Of a DNA stretch of 64,000 bases, positions 1 to 10,262 are shown in pieces. The position numbers were made by a program, and so were the translations under genes. Where the stretch lies: the NCBI GenBank assembly GCA_049970055.1, contig JBMFNR010000002.1, forward strand, positions 468,406-532,405, written 5' to 3'. This stretch comes from Fervidobacterium sp. Lineage in GTDB: Bacteria; Thermotogota; Thermotogae; Thermotogales; Fervidobacteriaceae. The notes under the pieces are model-generated. The model searched no databases, was not told the origin of the DNA, and saw only the letters and a program-made list of their open reading frames with translations. Within the stretch, counting starts at the first letter, position 1. Each line of letters begins with the position of its first letter.

Positions 1-108
1 GACATTTCCATAGATATTGGAAGTGTGAAGTACAACAATCTGCGACGAAAAGCCAAGTACTGCAAAAAAGAAAGCTACCAGTGCTCCAAGTAAGGAAATT
101 TTATTCAT
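1..108 (-). CDS. 5' part (runs off window) of an exported metallophosphoesterase/5'-nucleotidase-like protein
   Basis: Manual translation MNKISLLGALVAFFFAVLGFSSQIVVLHTSNIYGNV: signal peptide then an LHTSDxHG-like motif; RBS ggaggg upstream. Confidence 0.55.
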   Translation of the reverse strand, partial: MNKISLLGALVAFFFAVLGFSSQIVVLHTSNIYGNV

Positions 109-110
109 CT

Positions 111-686
111 TCATCTATATCGCCCTCCTTTTAAATCTTCATAACAGTCTTTGCAAACTGCGATGTATTTTTCCTTTCCACCAATGTCGAATATCCCACC
201 ACTCGTCATCTTTTTGTACGAGAGCGTCCCTTTGTACTCTCCACATACCTCGCAGACAGCTTTTTTCTTGATAACTTCATCCGCAATAGCCATTAACAAC
301 GCAGTCGTTGTGAATGGTTCCCAAAGATAGTTCATATCAAGCCCAGCGCAATAAACATCTACACCTGTTTTGATGATTTCTTTCACCGCATCTACTAGTG
401 AAGTGTCGAAAAAGTGCACTTCGTCGATGAAAATGGCATCTGGTTTTTCACTCATCGAATTGAAATAGTCCTTGAATTCTTGAGTATTTTGAACTGTATG
501 AGCTGGCATTTTGAATAATTTGTGCGTTACAACATCTTCTTGACTATACCTAGTATCAATTTTTGGTTTTATTATGCACGTTTTTTTTCTTCCCAGTTCA
601 TAAATTTCCGCAAAGTTCAAAAGTTCTGTAGTCTTTCCTGAAAACATTGGGCCAACAATTACTGTGAGTTTGCCGGTACCTTTCAA
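111..686 (-). CDS. tdk: Thymidine kinase
   Basis: GPMFSGKTT P-loop, IFIDEVHFF, CAGLD, GGKEKYIAVC; TTG at 686 follows an RBS-like ggggtg (ORF track starts at 713). Confidence 0.95.
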   Translation of the reverse strand: MKGTGKLTVIVGPMFSGKTTELLNFAEIYELGRKKTCIIKPKIDTRYSQEDVVTHKLFKMPAHTVQNTQEFKDYFNSMSEKPDAIFIDEVHFFDTSLVDAVKEIIKTGVDVYCAGLDMNYLWEPFTTTALLMAIADEVIKKKAVCEVCGEYKGTLSYKKMTSGGIFDIGGKEKYIAVCKDCYEDLKGGRYR

Positions 687-803
687 AAAGACACACCCCC
701 AAGTCTTTTTCACTATATTCAGCTTTAATGTTTCTTATAGTTCTTTCTACTAATCGTTAAAAAATCTGATATAATTATATCAGAAAAAGGAGGGTATGTA
801 CAG

Positions 804-1589
804 ATGGAAATACAAAGCTTAATTCGAAAACTGGTAGACACTCACGCACACTTGCATATGCCTCATTTCGACAAAAATAGAGAAGAACTACTGGAAGTAG
901 TTAAGCAGATGAGATTTGTGCTTAATGTTTCAACGAGCATGGAAGATTTGTCATCTACTTTAGAAGTCACAGATGCTTTACCGAATACTTTTGCATCCGT
1001 TGGTATTCACCCGCATGATGCTTTAAATGTTCCAAAAAATTACATGGATGTACTTAGAGATCTTGTGAAAAGCAACAAAAAAGTAATTTCAATAGGCGAG
1101 ATAGGATTGGATTATTTCAGAAACCTATCTCCTATTGATGTACAAAGGAAAGTCTTTGCAGAACAATTGATGCTTGCAAATGAATTAAAAAGGCCTGTTG
1201 TTTTGCATATTCGTGACGCATACAAGGATGCTCACGAAATTGTCAAACTTATCGGTGCTGAAAAAGGAGGAATAGTGCACGCATTCAGTGGAGATGAGAG
1301 ATGGGCAAGGGAATTTGTCAAACTTGGCTTTAAGATTGGAGTTGGAGGACCATTGACGTATCCAAAGAACGATTCCTTAAGAACCGTGGTCAAAATAATA
1401 GGAATAAAAAATATTGTTACAGAAACCGACTGCCCATATCTGCCACCACAGCAGTACCGTGGTAAAAGAAACGAGCCAATGTATGTATACTACGTTTTCG
1501 AGGAATTAAATCGTATTTTTGGATACGAGGTCTACGAGGCAATTTGGGAAAATACAAAAGAAGTATTCGAGTTATCAGAGGTTGATTGA
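804..1589 (+). CDS. tatD: TatD family DNase
   Basis: DTHAHL, GIHPH, IGEIGLDY, ETDCPYL, RNEP motifs. Confidence 0.95.
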   Translation: MEIQSLIRKLVDTHAHLHMPHFDKNREELLEVVKQMRFVLNVSTSMEDLSSTLEVTDALPNTFASVGIHPHDALNVPKNYMDVLRDLVKSNKKVISIGEIGLDYFRNLSPIDVQRKVFAEQLMLANELKRPVVLHIRDAYKDAHEIVKLIGAEKGGIVHAFSGDERWAREFVKLGFKIGVGGPLTYPKNDSLRTVVKIIGIKNIVTETDCPYLPPQQYRGKRNEPMYVYYVFEELNRIFGYEVYEAIWENTKEVFELSEVD

Positions 1590-1590
1590 A

Positions 1591-2163
1591 ATGATTGAAA
1601 TTATACACGGTACATACTATGGTAGAAGTGAAGGGAAGATACTTGTCTTTGTAAGTGGAATAGTACTTGGTATAGTAACCGATGCTGAAAGTTTTTCTGA
1701 TAAGAAAGAGGGGGAAGAAATAAGAGTTTACGCAAAGTTTTTGATTACTCAAGAAGATATATCTTTGTACGGTTTTGATTCAAATTCAAAAAAGGAAGTT
1801 TTTGAAAAACTAATCAAAGTATCAAAACTTGGCCCAAAAACAGCAGTCAAGATTTTGTCATCTACGAGTATAGAATTTTTGTCGAACGCTATAGCAACGG
1901 GAGATGTCGAGAAACTTTCCACAATTCCAGGAATAGGCAGAAAAACTGCGGAAAGAATAATTGCCGAGCTAAAGGACGAATTTGAAACTGTTGAGGTGGA
2001 TGAATCTTCTATTGAAGCTATAGAAGCCCTTGTATCCCTTGGTTACTCACGAACACAAGCACGTAATGCGGTGACAAAAGTGATTAAAGAAATGCCAATC
2101 AAGGGTAATATATCAAAGATAATAAAAGAAGCGTTAAAAGTGCTTGCAAAGTACAACGGTTAA
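1591..2163 (+). CDS. ruvA: Holliday junction branch migration protein RuvA
   Basis: LYGF, HhH motifs (VSKLGPKTA, IPGIGRKTAERI), ALVSLGY; likely ATG at 1591. Confidence 0.92.
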   Translation: MIEIIHGTYYGRSEGKILVFVSGIVLGIVTDAESFSDKKEGEEIRVYAKFLITQEDISLYGFDSNSKKEVFEKLIKVSKLGPKTAVKILSSTSIEFLSNAIATGDVEKLSTIPGIGRKTAERIIAELKDEFETVEVDESSIEAIEALVSLGYSRTQARNAVTKVIKEMPIKGNISKIIKEALKVLAKYNG

Positions 2164-2731
2164 ACTTTTTAACGAGGCGATTCGCATGAATGTCATGGAT
2201 GTAGGGAGTATCCAAAGTGTTCAAACTGTTATTGTCAACCCAATGCTTGGATACAAACTCGATTTTGGCGAACCCGGTATTCCATCAGGAGCCCCAGCAA
2301 GTCAGAGTGTTTTAAGAGTATTAAACCAAGAATTAGCCAATTACATGGACTTTAAAAAGCAGGCCATGAAAAAAGGTGGGTTCATAATAGCTGGGGGAAT
2401 ATATCTTGATATGCAAAAACGTGGCTCTTTCTTGGCTGCTGTTGCTGGGGAGACGAAGGTATTGATGTACATTCCTGGCGAAAATAGGTCTGATGGAAAC
2501 ATAAATAATACCAAAGGTCTTGGAAAGACTGTGGAAGAAGACTTTAAAAAATCGAAGATAGAGCAAAAAATAGACGAATTGTACAGAAAACTTTCCACAA
2601 CCAATGATCCAGTGGAGAGAGAAAAGCTTCAACAGCAAATACTTATGTTGACGATGGCGATGAATGCTCTGATGTTTGGCATGAAAATACCAGAAATACT
2701 AATAGGAGCTCTTATAAATACTACTGTATGA
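2144..2731 (+). CDS. Hypothetical protein with C-terminal coiled coil
   Basis: 195-aa ORF in operon context; true start may be an ATG ~45-50 nt downstream. Confidence 0.75.
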   Translation: MQSTTVKLFNEAIRMNVMDVGSIQSVQTVIVNPMLGYKLDFGEPGIPSGAPASQSVLRVLNQELANYMDFKKQAMKKGGFIIAGGIYLDMQKRGSFLAAVAGETKVLMYIPGENRSDGNINNTKGLGKTVEEDFKKSKIEQKIDELYRKLSTTNDPVEREKLQQQILMLTMAMNALMFGMKIPEILIGALINTTV

Positions 2732-2768
2732 ACTTTACAGGTCAATATTACAAGCGGAGGGATAGGGT

Positions 2769-3098
2769 GTGAAGATATCTGACATTGCAAACAAGTTAGG
2801 ACTCAGAATTGTTCATTTCGCAGATGATTACGAAATTGAGCATGGATATATTGGGGATTTACTAAGTATCGTTATGCGTTCGGCACAACAAAACTCAGTT
2901 TGGTTAACTGTTCAAAGTCACGTAAATATAATCGCAGTAGCGGTACTCACCGGTGTAAAGGCAATAGTGCTTTGCGAAGGCTTGGAATTTCCAAGAGAAA
3001 CGGTGGAAAAGGCAAAGGAAGAAAATATAAATCTGTATATTTCGCCAGAAAATTCGTATATAACAGCTGGGAGAATGTACGAAATTGGTGTCAAATAA
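2769..3098 (+). CDS. DRTGG-domain protein
   Basis: GYIGDLLSIVM, VWLTVQSHVNIIAVA signature. Confidence 0.85.
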   Translation: MKISDIANKLGLRIVHFADDYEIEHGYIGDLLSIVMRSAQQNSVWLTVQSHVNIIAVAVLTGVKAIVLCEGLEFPRETVEKAKEENINLYISPENSYITAGRMYEIGVK

Positions 3099-3810
3099 TC
3101 AGTACACGATCTTTGCGGATTTACATGTACACTCTTGCCTTTCCCCTTGCGCAGATATAAGTATGCTGCCCTCTGTGATCTGTAATAAGCCGCTAGATAT
3201 TATCTCAATAACTGATCATAATTCCGCCCTTAATATAGCGGCTTTCATTGGGTTTTGTGGGAAAGTTTTCGGAGCTGGCAAGGTGATTGTTCCTGGAATA
3301 GAAATACACACAGTTGAGGATGTTCACATACTTGGGTACTTTAGTTCTCTGGAGAATTGTTTAAAGGTTTCAGAAATAATAAAGCAGAATCTTACACCAT
3401 TTACATACGATCCTGAAACATTTGGATACCAAATCGTTATTAATGAAAATGAAGAATTCATTAGCACGGTTGAAAATTATCTCGGCTTCCCAACGAATTT
3501 GACGATCAAAGATACGATCGATATCATATTGGAAAACAATGGGTTGCCAGTCTTTGCACACGTCGATAGAAAATTTGGTGCTATTTACCAGCTAGGCTTA
3601 CTTCCCGAAGGTAGTAGGTACATTGAAGTAAAAAAGAAATCTACGTACGAGGAACTAAAAAACGAAGGATTCATAATACTCACTTCATCCGACGCGCATT
3701 TGCCAGACGAAGTGGGAATAAGAAAGATATTTTTCGAAGAAAGACCGAAAAGTGCAAAGGAAGTTTTAGAATTGATCATTGAAGGGAGGTTTAAAACAAT
3801 TTGGGACTGA
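3085..3810 (+). CDS. PHP-domain phosphoesterase
   Basis: DLHVHSCLSPCAD, ITDHN, HILGYF, AHVDR, SSDAH. Confidence 0.9.
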   Translation: MVSNNQYTIFADLHVHSCLSPCADISMLPSVICNKPLDIISITDHNSALNIAAFIGFCGKVFGAGKVIVPGIEIHTVEDVHILGYFSSLENCLKVSEIIKQNLTPFTYDPETFGYQIVINENEEFISTVENYLGFPTNLTIKDTIDIILENNGLPVFAHVDRKFGAIYQLGLLPEGSRYIEVKKKSTYEELKNEGFIILTSSDAHLPDEVGIRKIFFEERPKSAKEVLELIIEGRFKTIWD

Positions 3811-4376
3811 TAACAATTGCAGATCATTTACATGACATTGCTGAAAATTCTATAAATGCAAGGGCAAAGAACGTGGCGATAAATATTAAAGAAACAAACG
3901 ATACGTTTTACTTTTCCGTTGAAGATGATGCTGGTGGAATAAGGCCAGACGTTTTTGAAGGAATATTTGATCCTTTTGTGACAACGCGAGAAAAGAAAAT
4001 AAGACGCGTGGGGTTGGGGCTTCCTTTTTTAAAACAAGCTACTGAACAAACAGGAGGTTATACGAAAATACAAACAGAATTAGGAAAGGGGACAAAGACT
4101 GAGGCGCTTTTTTACAAATCGCATATTGATTGCCAACCCGTTGGAAATATAGCAGACGCAATCCTTGTTTTGCTTTTAAATAACTCTATCAACTGGAAAA
4201 TAGAAAGGTGTTTCAACGATAATTGTTATTCTATAGAAAGTGAAACGATAAAAGCGTATTTAGGTGAATTAGATTCACCAGAGAAAATGCTTTTGCTCAA
4301 AGATATGTTAAACGAATTAGAAGAATCTATCGTAATATCTGACGTAATAATAAAACTGAGGAGGGATTTTAGGTGA
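3801..4376 (+). CDS. Stand-alone HATPase_c (GHKL) ATP-binding protein
   Basis: DIAENSI, DDAGGI, DPFVTTR, GLGLP, HIDCQPVG. Confidence 0.88.
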   Translation: MGLITIADHLHDIAENSINARAKNVAINIKETNDTFYFSVEDDAGGIRPDVFEGIFDPFVTTREKKIRRVGLGLPFLKQATEQTGGYTKIQTELGKGTKTEALFYKSHIDCQPVGNIADAILVLLLNNSINWKIERCFNDNCYSIESETIKAYLGELDSPEKMLLLKDMLNELEESIVISDVIIKLRRDFR

Positions 4377-6586
4377 GTAAAAAACTTTTATTAATCACAG
4401 TTTTTATTTTGGCATTATCCGTTGTATCGTTTTCGTTTGTACTAGTAGACGTGCACTTTGAAGGATTGAAAACTCTGAAAGCACAGGATCTCCAAGAATA
4501 TTACAGCCAGTATATCGGGAAAGATATTAACGAAAACGCCATATCGGATATCGTTAATTCCATTGATGGAACGGGATTTTTTGAGAATATTAAGTATGAA
4601 ATACTCGATGCTTTCGGTGATTCGAGCAAAAAGATTTTGAAAATAAATGTCGTCGAGAATCCTCCAATTAAAAAGATCGATTTTGAAATCCAAGGCCCTG
4701 GAATAATTGATTTGGATACGGTAAAAAAAGAAGTTAAACTCCAAGAAGGCAAGCCTTTCAGTTTCTCAAAATTCTGGGATAGCATTGCAGCAATTGCGGA
4801 TCTTTACTCATCAAAGGGATTTTTGGTTGCAACTCCAAGATCTCAAGACAAATCCTTTGGTTTTATTTACGTAAGTGGGAACATTTTTGATGATGGGAAT
4901 GTTAAATTTTTAATCAAAGAAAACGTACTTTACGATGTTGGTTTTGATGTGGTCAGTGATGATGAAGAATTCAAAGATGCATTCAAAGATGTGTCAAGCA
5001 AAGTTTCAGTAAAAAGGTATAAAGATTACGAGAGAAAAAATTGGTTTGAGCGGCTATTTGATACTGAAAAAGATTACATCCCAAATCAACAAACCCTGCA
5101 GTCGATTTTTCAAACTCTGTCAAAGTACACCTATGTAAAGATAGTAGGTGTCTCTGTTGAGGAAGTTCAGTCAAAATTTCCAGCGAAATCACTCTTAATA
5201 ACTGTAACTGACAACACAATTACACCCCAACCAATAAAGCTTAAAGGGATAAAGACAGTTGGTAACACACTCTTTACCCAAAAAGATTTGATAGGTGAAA
5301 CGAGTGAGGGAACGTATACAAATTTCAAGATATTATCTAAAGTTCAACAGGTAAAGGACAAATACGACAATGCGGGATACTTTATAAATCTTAACTTGGG
5401 GTTAGATGACGACGGATACTTAGCGATTAAGATCGACGAAATAAAAGTAAGACAGGTAAAAATAACTGGGAATGATGTAACTAAAGACTACGTTTTTAAC
5501 GATGTTATAAGTGTCAAACCAGGTGATTTTCTAAAACGAGCTGAACTGCAAAGCACATATATTGAGCTTTCAAAACTTAATTTCTTCAAAAACATTGACA
5601 TTGGTTTTGAGCCTGTCGAAAATGACCCGACAAAAGTTGACGTTGTTGTTAAGATAATAGAAAAAGACAAAAAGTTTGATTTCCAAGGTGGTGTCACGTG
5701 GGGGCCAGTGAAAGATAGACCTTGGTGGGATGGTATAGCAGGATTAATTTCTATTTCTACTACAAATCCATTTGGTTATGGGGAAAGTCTCTCTTTCTCA
5801 TTACAAAAAGCACTCTCTACAACGAATTTATCCCTAAACGCAGGAATAAGGAAACCACTTAATTTACCGTTGTCGATCAGTAACTCGCTGAGTTACCAAG
5901 AAAGTCCGGTTACCGATGGTAAACAAAGAAGCTTTTCTTATCAAGTTGAGATGAATACTTTGAAAACAGCAATCGGACAATTTGGTATGAGTGTTGGGTA
6001 CAAAGACATTACCGTAACATCAACCGATACAACAGCATCAACCAATACAGTAAACGTTACTACATCGGCAAATTACGTGTATGAAACACTTGACAACCTT
6101 TACGTGCCGATGAAAGGGTACTCGTTCACTTTATCTGGAACAAAGTACTTCCCAATTTCTTCAAACGGATCTGATGCACTTAGTTACTTGGCCGAGGTTA
6201 CCTTCCATATACCATTAACAGAATCGATTTCCATTGCTTCGCGTCTATTGGCTGGTCAAGTATTTCAAAATGCTGGAGAACCTGTTACATACGAGCTCGC
6301 TGGACTAAACCAAGTTAGGGGAGTCAAATCTTCAGACAAAGGTACAGTCATTGGCTTAAATAACAACGAGGTAAGATTTAAAGCACCAGAGCAGTTGTTC
6401 TATATATCGCTTTTCTACGACATGGGTTTTGTTGACAATACATATGCCTTCGATAGACTTGTTAGCTCTGCCGGAATTGAATTTGGTCTTACGGTACCAA
6501 TGTTTGGACTCATCCGTGTTGGATGGGGATTACCCATTCCATCGAGTAATTTGAATTTTTATTTCATGTTTGGTAAAACATTCTAA
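4373..6586 (+). CDS. bamA: Omp85/BamA family outer-membrane protein with POTRA domains
   Basis: Signal peptide, POTRA-like repeats (ITGNDVTKD, LNFFKNI), VRG motif, C-terminal FGKTF. Confidence 0.8.
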   Translation: MSKKLLLITVFILALSVVSFSFVLVDVHFEGLKTLKAQDLQEYYSQYIGKDINENAISDIVNSIDGTGFFENIKYEILDAFGDSSKKILKINVVENPPIKKIDFEIQGPGIIDLDTVKKEVKLQEGKPFSFSKFWDSIAAIADLYSSKGFLVATPRSQDKSFGFIYVSGNIFDDGNVKFLIKENVLYDVGFDVVSDDEEFKDAFKDVSSKVSVKRYKDYERKNWFERLFDTEKDYIPNQQTLQSIFQTLSKYTYVKIVGVSVEEVQSKFPAKSLLITVTDNTITPQPIKLKGIKTVGNTLFTQKDLIGETSEGTYTNFKILSKVQQVKDKYDNAGYFINLNLGLDDDGYLAIKIDEIKVRQVKITGNDVTKDYVFNDVISVKPGDFLKRAELQSTYIELSKLNFFKNIDIGFEPVENDPTKVDVVVKIIEKDKKFDFQGGVTWGPVKDRPWWDGIAGLISISTTNPFGYGESLSFSLQKALSTTNLSLNAGIRKPLNLPLSISNSLSYQESPVTDGKQRSFSYQVEMNTLKTAIGQFGMSVGYKDITVTSTDTTASTNTVNVTTSANYVYETLDNLYVPMKGYSFTLSGTKYFPISSNGSDALSYLAEVTFHIPLTESISIASRLLAGQVFQNAGEPVTYELAGLNQVRGVKSSDKGTVIGLNNNEVRFKAPEQLFYISLFYDMGFVDNTYAFDRLVSSAGIEFGLTVPMFGLIRVGWGLPIPSSNLNFYFMFGKTF

Positions 6587-6635
6587 TAAGTAAATAAAAT
6601 TCGGTGACTTCAGATTAAATGAATAAGGTGATTGT

Positions 6636-7259
6636 ATGGGTATAAACGATCTTATCAAAAAGATGAATGAAATAAGACAAGAAGCAAAACCTCTTGTAGA
6701 TGAAAGATGGAATGATTTTGAAGAACTGAGGCAAAACGGCAGTGAAGAAGACCTTTTTTCCGAGCTGAGCTTTTGCGTTTTGACAGCAAATTGGAGTGCA
6801 CAAGGAGGTATAAAAGCACAGAAGTTAATTGGTAGCGGTTTTGCCTATCTTTCAGAAGAAGATCTAGCGCAGAAATTAAAGCAGGTAGGGCACAGATACC
6901 CGGAAGCTAGGGCGAAGTATATCGTTTCAAATAGATGGGTTTTTGGAAGACTAAGGGAACTTATATCGCATCCCGATCCAAGGGAGTTTTTCGTAAAAAA
7001 TATAAAAGGACTTGGATGGAAAGAAAGCTCGCATTTTTTGAGAAATGTAGGATTTCCAAATTATGCAATTCTAGATAAACATGTGTTAAGAACGATGATG
7101 CAGCATGGGCTTATCGATGAGCTTCCGAAAGGATGGACGAAAAAAAGGTACCTAGATTATGAAGAAAGATTAAAAAAGGTAGCAGATGTTTTTGGAGAGC
7201 CGTTAGGAAAATTTGACCTCTATCTATGGTATATGATAAAAAAGAAGGTAGAGAAATGA
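6636..7259 (+). CDS. ogg: 8-oxoguanine DNA glycosylase/AP lyase (Ogg2/archaeal type)
   Basis: ELSFCVLTAN, IKGLGWKESSHFLRNVG, AILDKH, DLYLWY, C-terminal Lys. Confidence 0.92.
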   Translation: MGINDLIKKMNEIRQEAKPLVDERWNDFEELRQNGSEEDLFSELSFCVLTANWSAQGGIKAQKLIGSGFAYLSEEDLAQKLKQVGHRYPEARAKYIVSNRWVFGRLRELISHPDPREFFVKNIKGLGWKESSHFLRNVGFPNYAILDKHVLRTMMQHGLIDELPKGWTKKRYLDYEERLKKVADVFGEPLGKFDLYLWYMIKKKVEK

Positions 7260-7298
7260 ATTATCTTTGAATATTTTGAATGATGGGAGGTACATTGT

Positions 7299-8210
7299 AT
7301 GAAACTTATCGAAAGTGTTCCCAATTTTAGTGAGGGTAGGCGGGAAGAAATTGTAAGACAAATTATCGATGAAGCAAACAAATATCCAAAAGTTAGAGTT
7401 TTAGATTGGTCGATGGACAAAGACCACAATAGGTCGGTTGTCACACTTGTTGGAGAACCAGAACAAATACTTGATGCGCTATTCGATATGACGAAAAAGG
7501 CTGCAGAACTTATTGACTTGCGCTACCACAAAGGGGAACATCCCAGAATGGGAGCGACAGACGTAATTCCGTTAGTTCCGCTTGTAGGTACGAATATGGA
7601 AGAATGTGTCGAATGGTCAAAAAAACTGGGTGAGAGAATTGGAAGAGAGTTGGATATTCCTGTCTACCTGTATGAAAGAAGTGCAACAAGTCCGGGGCGA
7701 GAAAACCTCTCAGAGATTAGAAAGGGGGAATTCGAAGGATTTTTTGAAAAGATAAAAGATCCAAAATGGAAGCCGGACTTCGGTCCTGACAAGGTTCACG
7801 AAACAGCAGGTGTTACAGCCATTGGTGCGAGAGAATTTTTGATTGCTTTCAACGTTAACTTGGGAACAAATAATATTGAAATTGCAGATAAAATAGCAAA
7901 AGCGGTCAGACACGTAAGTGGTGGGTACAGATACGTTAAAGCAATGGGGGTAGAACTAAAAGAGAAAGGTATTGTACAAGTTTCAATGAACTTGACAAAT
8001 TACAAAAAATCTCCGATATTCAGAGTCTTCGAAACTATAAAAAGAGAAGCTGAAAGATATGGTGTTCCGGTTGTCGGAAGTGAAATAATTGGTATGGTTC
8101 CTCTTCAAGCTATAGTGGAAGCGTTTATGTGGTACTTGCGGATAGACGATTTCGGACCGAATAGAGTAATTGAGCAAAAATTGTTAGAACAATTAACAAA
8201 AGAAGAGTAG
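7299..8210 (+). CDS. ftcD: Glutamate formimidoyltransferase
   Basis: ESVPNFSEGR, DHNRSV, HPRMGATDV, QVSMNL. Confidence 0.95.
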   Translation: MKLIESVPNFSEGRREEIVRQIIDEANKYPKVRVLDWSMDKDHNRSVVTLVGEPEQILDALFDMTKKAAELIDLRYHKGEHPRMGATDVIPLVPLVGTNMEECVEWSKKLGERIGRELDIPVYLYERSATSPGRENLSEIRKGEFEGFFEKIKDPKWKPDFGPDKVHETAGVTAIGAREFLIAFNVNLGTNNIEIADKIAKAVRHVSGGYRYVKAMGVELKEKGIVQVSMNLTNYKKSPIFRVFETIKREAERYGVPVVGSEIIGMVPLQAIVEAFMWYLRIDDFGPNRVIEQKLLEQLTKEE

Positions 8211-8216
8211 TTTTGA

Positions 8217-8247
8217 AAAGGGAAATGCATTTGCATTTCCCTTTTTT
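8217..8247. terminator. Intrinsic terminator (bidirectional-type hairpin)
   Basis: aaaagggaaatgca-tt-tgcatttccctttttt. Confidence 0.75.
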
Positions 8248-8287
8248 ATGATATAATAGTTCGTAGTACGAACAAGGAGGTGGTTTT

Positions 8288-9241
8288 ATGGAGTACAGAA
8301 AAGTTGGAAAATGGGGTTTGAAGATAAGTGAAGTATCGCTTGGTTCTTGGCTCACTTTTGGTAACCAACTTGATCTAAATGCCACAAGGCAAGTTGTGAG
8401 GTACGCAGTTGAAAACGGTATAAACTTCATTGATACTGCTGAAGCATACGCAAATGGTATTGCTGAAGCTATGCTCGGGATGATACTTAAGGAATACAAA
8501 AGAGAAGACCTTGTAATCTCAACAAAAATATTTTGGGGCGGAGATGGGCCTAACCAAAAAGGATTGTCGAGAAAGCATCTACTCGAAGGTGCATGGAATT
8601 CCCTCAAGCGATTGCAATTGGATTACGTTGATATTCTTTACTGTCATAGGCCGGATCCCGAGGTACCTATGGAAGAAATTGTTTACACAATGGACCAAAT
8701 TCTCAAAAGTGGACTTGCATTTTACTGGGGTACAAGCGAATGGAGTGCTGAAGAGATAGAGCAAGCGTGCAAAGTGGCAAAAGAAATGAACTGTATGCCC
8801 CCAGTTGTTGAACAGCCACAGTACAACCTGATTTTCAAAAAGCGTGTTGAAGAAGAATACGCTCCGCTTTACGAAAAATACGGCATTGGCACGACCATTT
8901 GGAGTCCGTTGGCATCCGGAGTATTAAGTGGAAAATACTTGGAGGGAATACCGGAAGGATCAAGACTTGCTAGATGGGAATGGCTTAGAAAGACCATGGA
9001 AGAGCGTGGGATATTCCAGGAGGAAACAATGAAAAAATTGAGAAGAATTAAGGAAATTGCTGACGGACTAGGTGTAACAATGTCTCAACTTTCGATAGCG
9101 TGGTGTTTGAAAAACCCGCATGTTAGTAGTGTTATACTTGGAGTTAGCTCACTTGACCAGCTTAAAGAAAATATAAAAGCTGTTGAAGTTAAAAACCTCA
9201 TCACAGACGAGATATACAAAGAGTTGAATTCGATATTTTGA
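8288..9241 (+). CDS. Aldo/keto reductase (Kv-beta-like)
   Basis: SLGSW, DTAEAY, STKIFWG, YCHRPD, WGTSEW, WSPLASG. Confidence 0.93.
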   Translation: MEYRKVGKWGLKISEVSLGSWLTFGNQLDLNATRQVVRYAVENGINFIDTAEAYANGIAEAMLGMILKEYKREDLVISTKIFWGGDGPNQKGLSRKHLLEGAWNSLKRLQLDYVDILYCHRPDPEVPMEEIVYTMDQILKSGLAFYWGTSEWSAEEIEQACKVAKEMNCMPPVVEQPQYNLIFKKRVEEEYAPLYEKYGIGTTIWSPLASGVLSGKYLEGIPEGSRLARWEWLRKTMEERGIFQEETMKKLRRIKEIADGLGVTMSQLSIAWCLKNPHVSSVILGVSSLDQLKENIKAVEVKNLITDEIYKELNSIF

Positions 9242-9264
9242 TGAGAAATTATTGAGAAATCATT

Positions 9265-9288
9265 AAAAAAGGGCCGAAAGGCCCTTTT
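9265..9288. terminator. Intrinsic terminator between convergent genes
   Basis: aaaaaagggcc-gaaa-ggccctttt. Confidence 0.8.
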
Positions 9289-10124
9289 CATTTCACAAAA
9301 GGATTGTAAAATCTACCTTTGTTGACGAAAACGGAGATCAGTACCGTAAAAAACAATATTAAAGCAGATATAACCAAAGCAACATAGTCTTCTTTCTCAA
9401 ATCTTTTTGCTGTATACCAAGTACGTTTTTTGTACTTACCAAAACCTCTTAAATCCATTGCGTTACTTATCTTTTCAACCCGTTCCATAGTTGAGAAAAT
9501 AAGAGGTACTAGTATCAAAAGTGCGTTTTTAAATCGATCGCCAAGCTTGGCCTTTCTTGATAAATCTAACCCTCTTGCTTGATGAGCGAGACTGATATCA
9601 AGATACGCTTTCTGCACATCAGGAAAGTATCTGAGAGTTAAAGCAAATGTGTAGGCTACTTTGTGATTCACACCTATTCGATTTAGAGAAGAAGCGAGTT
9701 CGCTAGGATTAGTTGTGAATAAAAATAAAATACCAAGTGGTATTATGGATATGTATTTCAAGAATTTTGTTGTTTGTTAAAATAACTGCTCTAATGTTAG
9801 TACACGCCTCTGACTGAACTGAAAAAGTACATGTCTAGTTGAATAAAGTTTAACACCTTCTTCAGGCGAGAAGATAAAGGTAATAAATTCGTTTATAAGC
9901 AAAAATACAATCACGTACAGTAACATGAGCCTTATCTGAGAAAATTTAATATTCGCTAACTTCAGCAGAGTAAAGGAAAATATGAGGATGAAAGCTATGA
10001 TCCTGATATCGTATGTGTACATAACAGTACTTGTAAGAATCATGAAAGAGATAAGCTTTGTCAGTCTTAAAAGTTTGTGAATTACTGATGTGTCGGGGTT
10101 ATAAGATATTAGTTTTTCTTGCAT
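9288..10124 (-). pseudogene. ecfT: ECF transporter transmembrane component (EcfT) split by an in-frame TAA at 9777-9779
   Basis: Two in-frame ORFs (115 + 157 aa) with LRYFP, QARG, AMDLRGFG motifs. Confidence 0.85.
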
Positions 10125-10260
10125 AATTATCTCTCACCAACCTATCATAGTCGATGAAATTTTGCACAAACTTTGCTTTTTCGCTTATTCCTACAATATC
10201 CGCGAGAACGTACAGAGATGTTTCTTTCAAGTTGGCTTTCTCAATAACATCATAAGGTAC
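10099..10260 (-). pseudogene. 3' remnant of an ECF ATPase (DUF3744-like tail)
   Basis: DVIEKANLKETSLYVLADIVGISEKAKFVQNFIDYDR; no start codon or ATPase domains remain. Confidence 0.7.
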
Positions 10261-10262
10261 TA

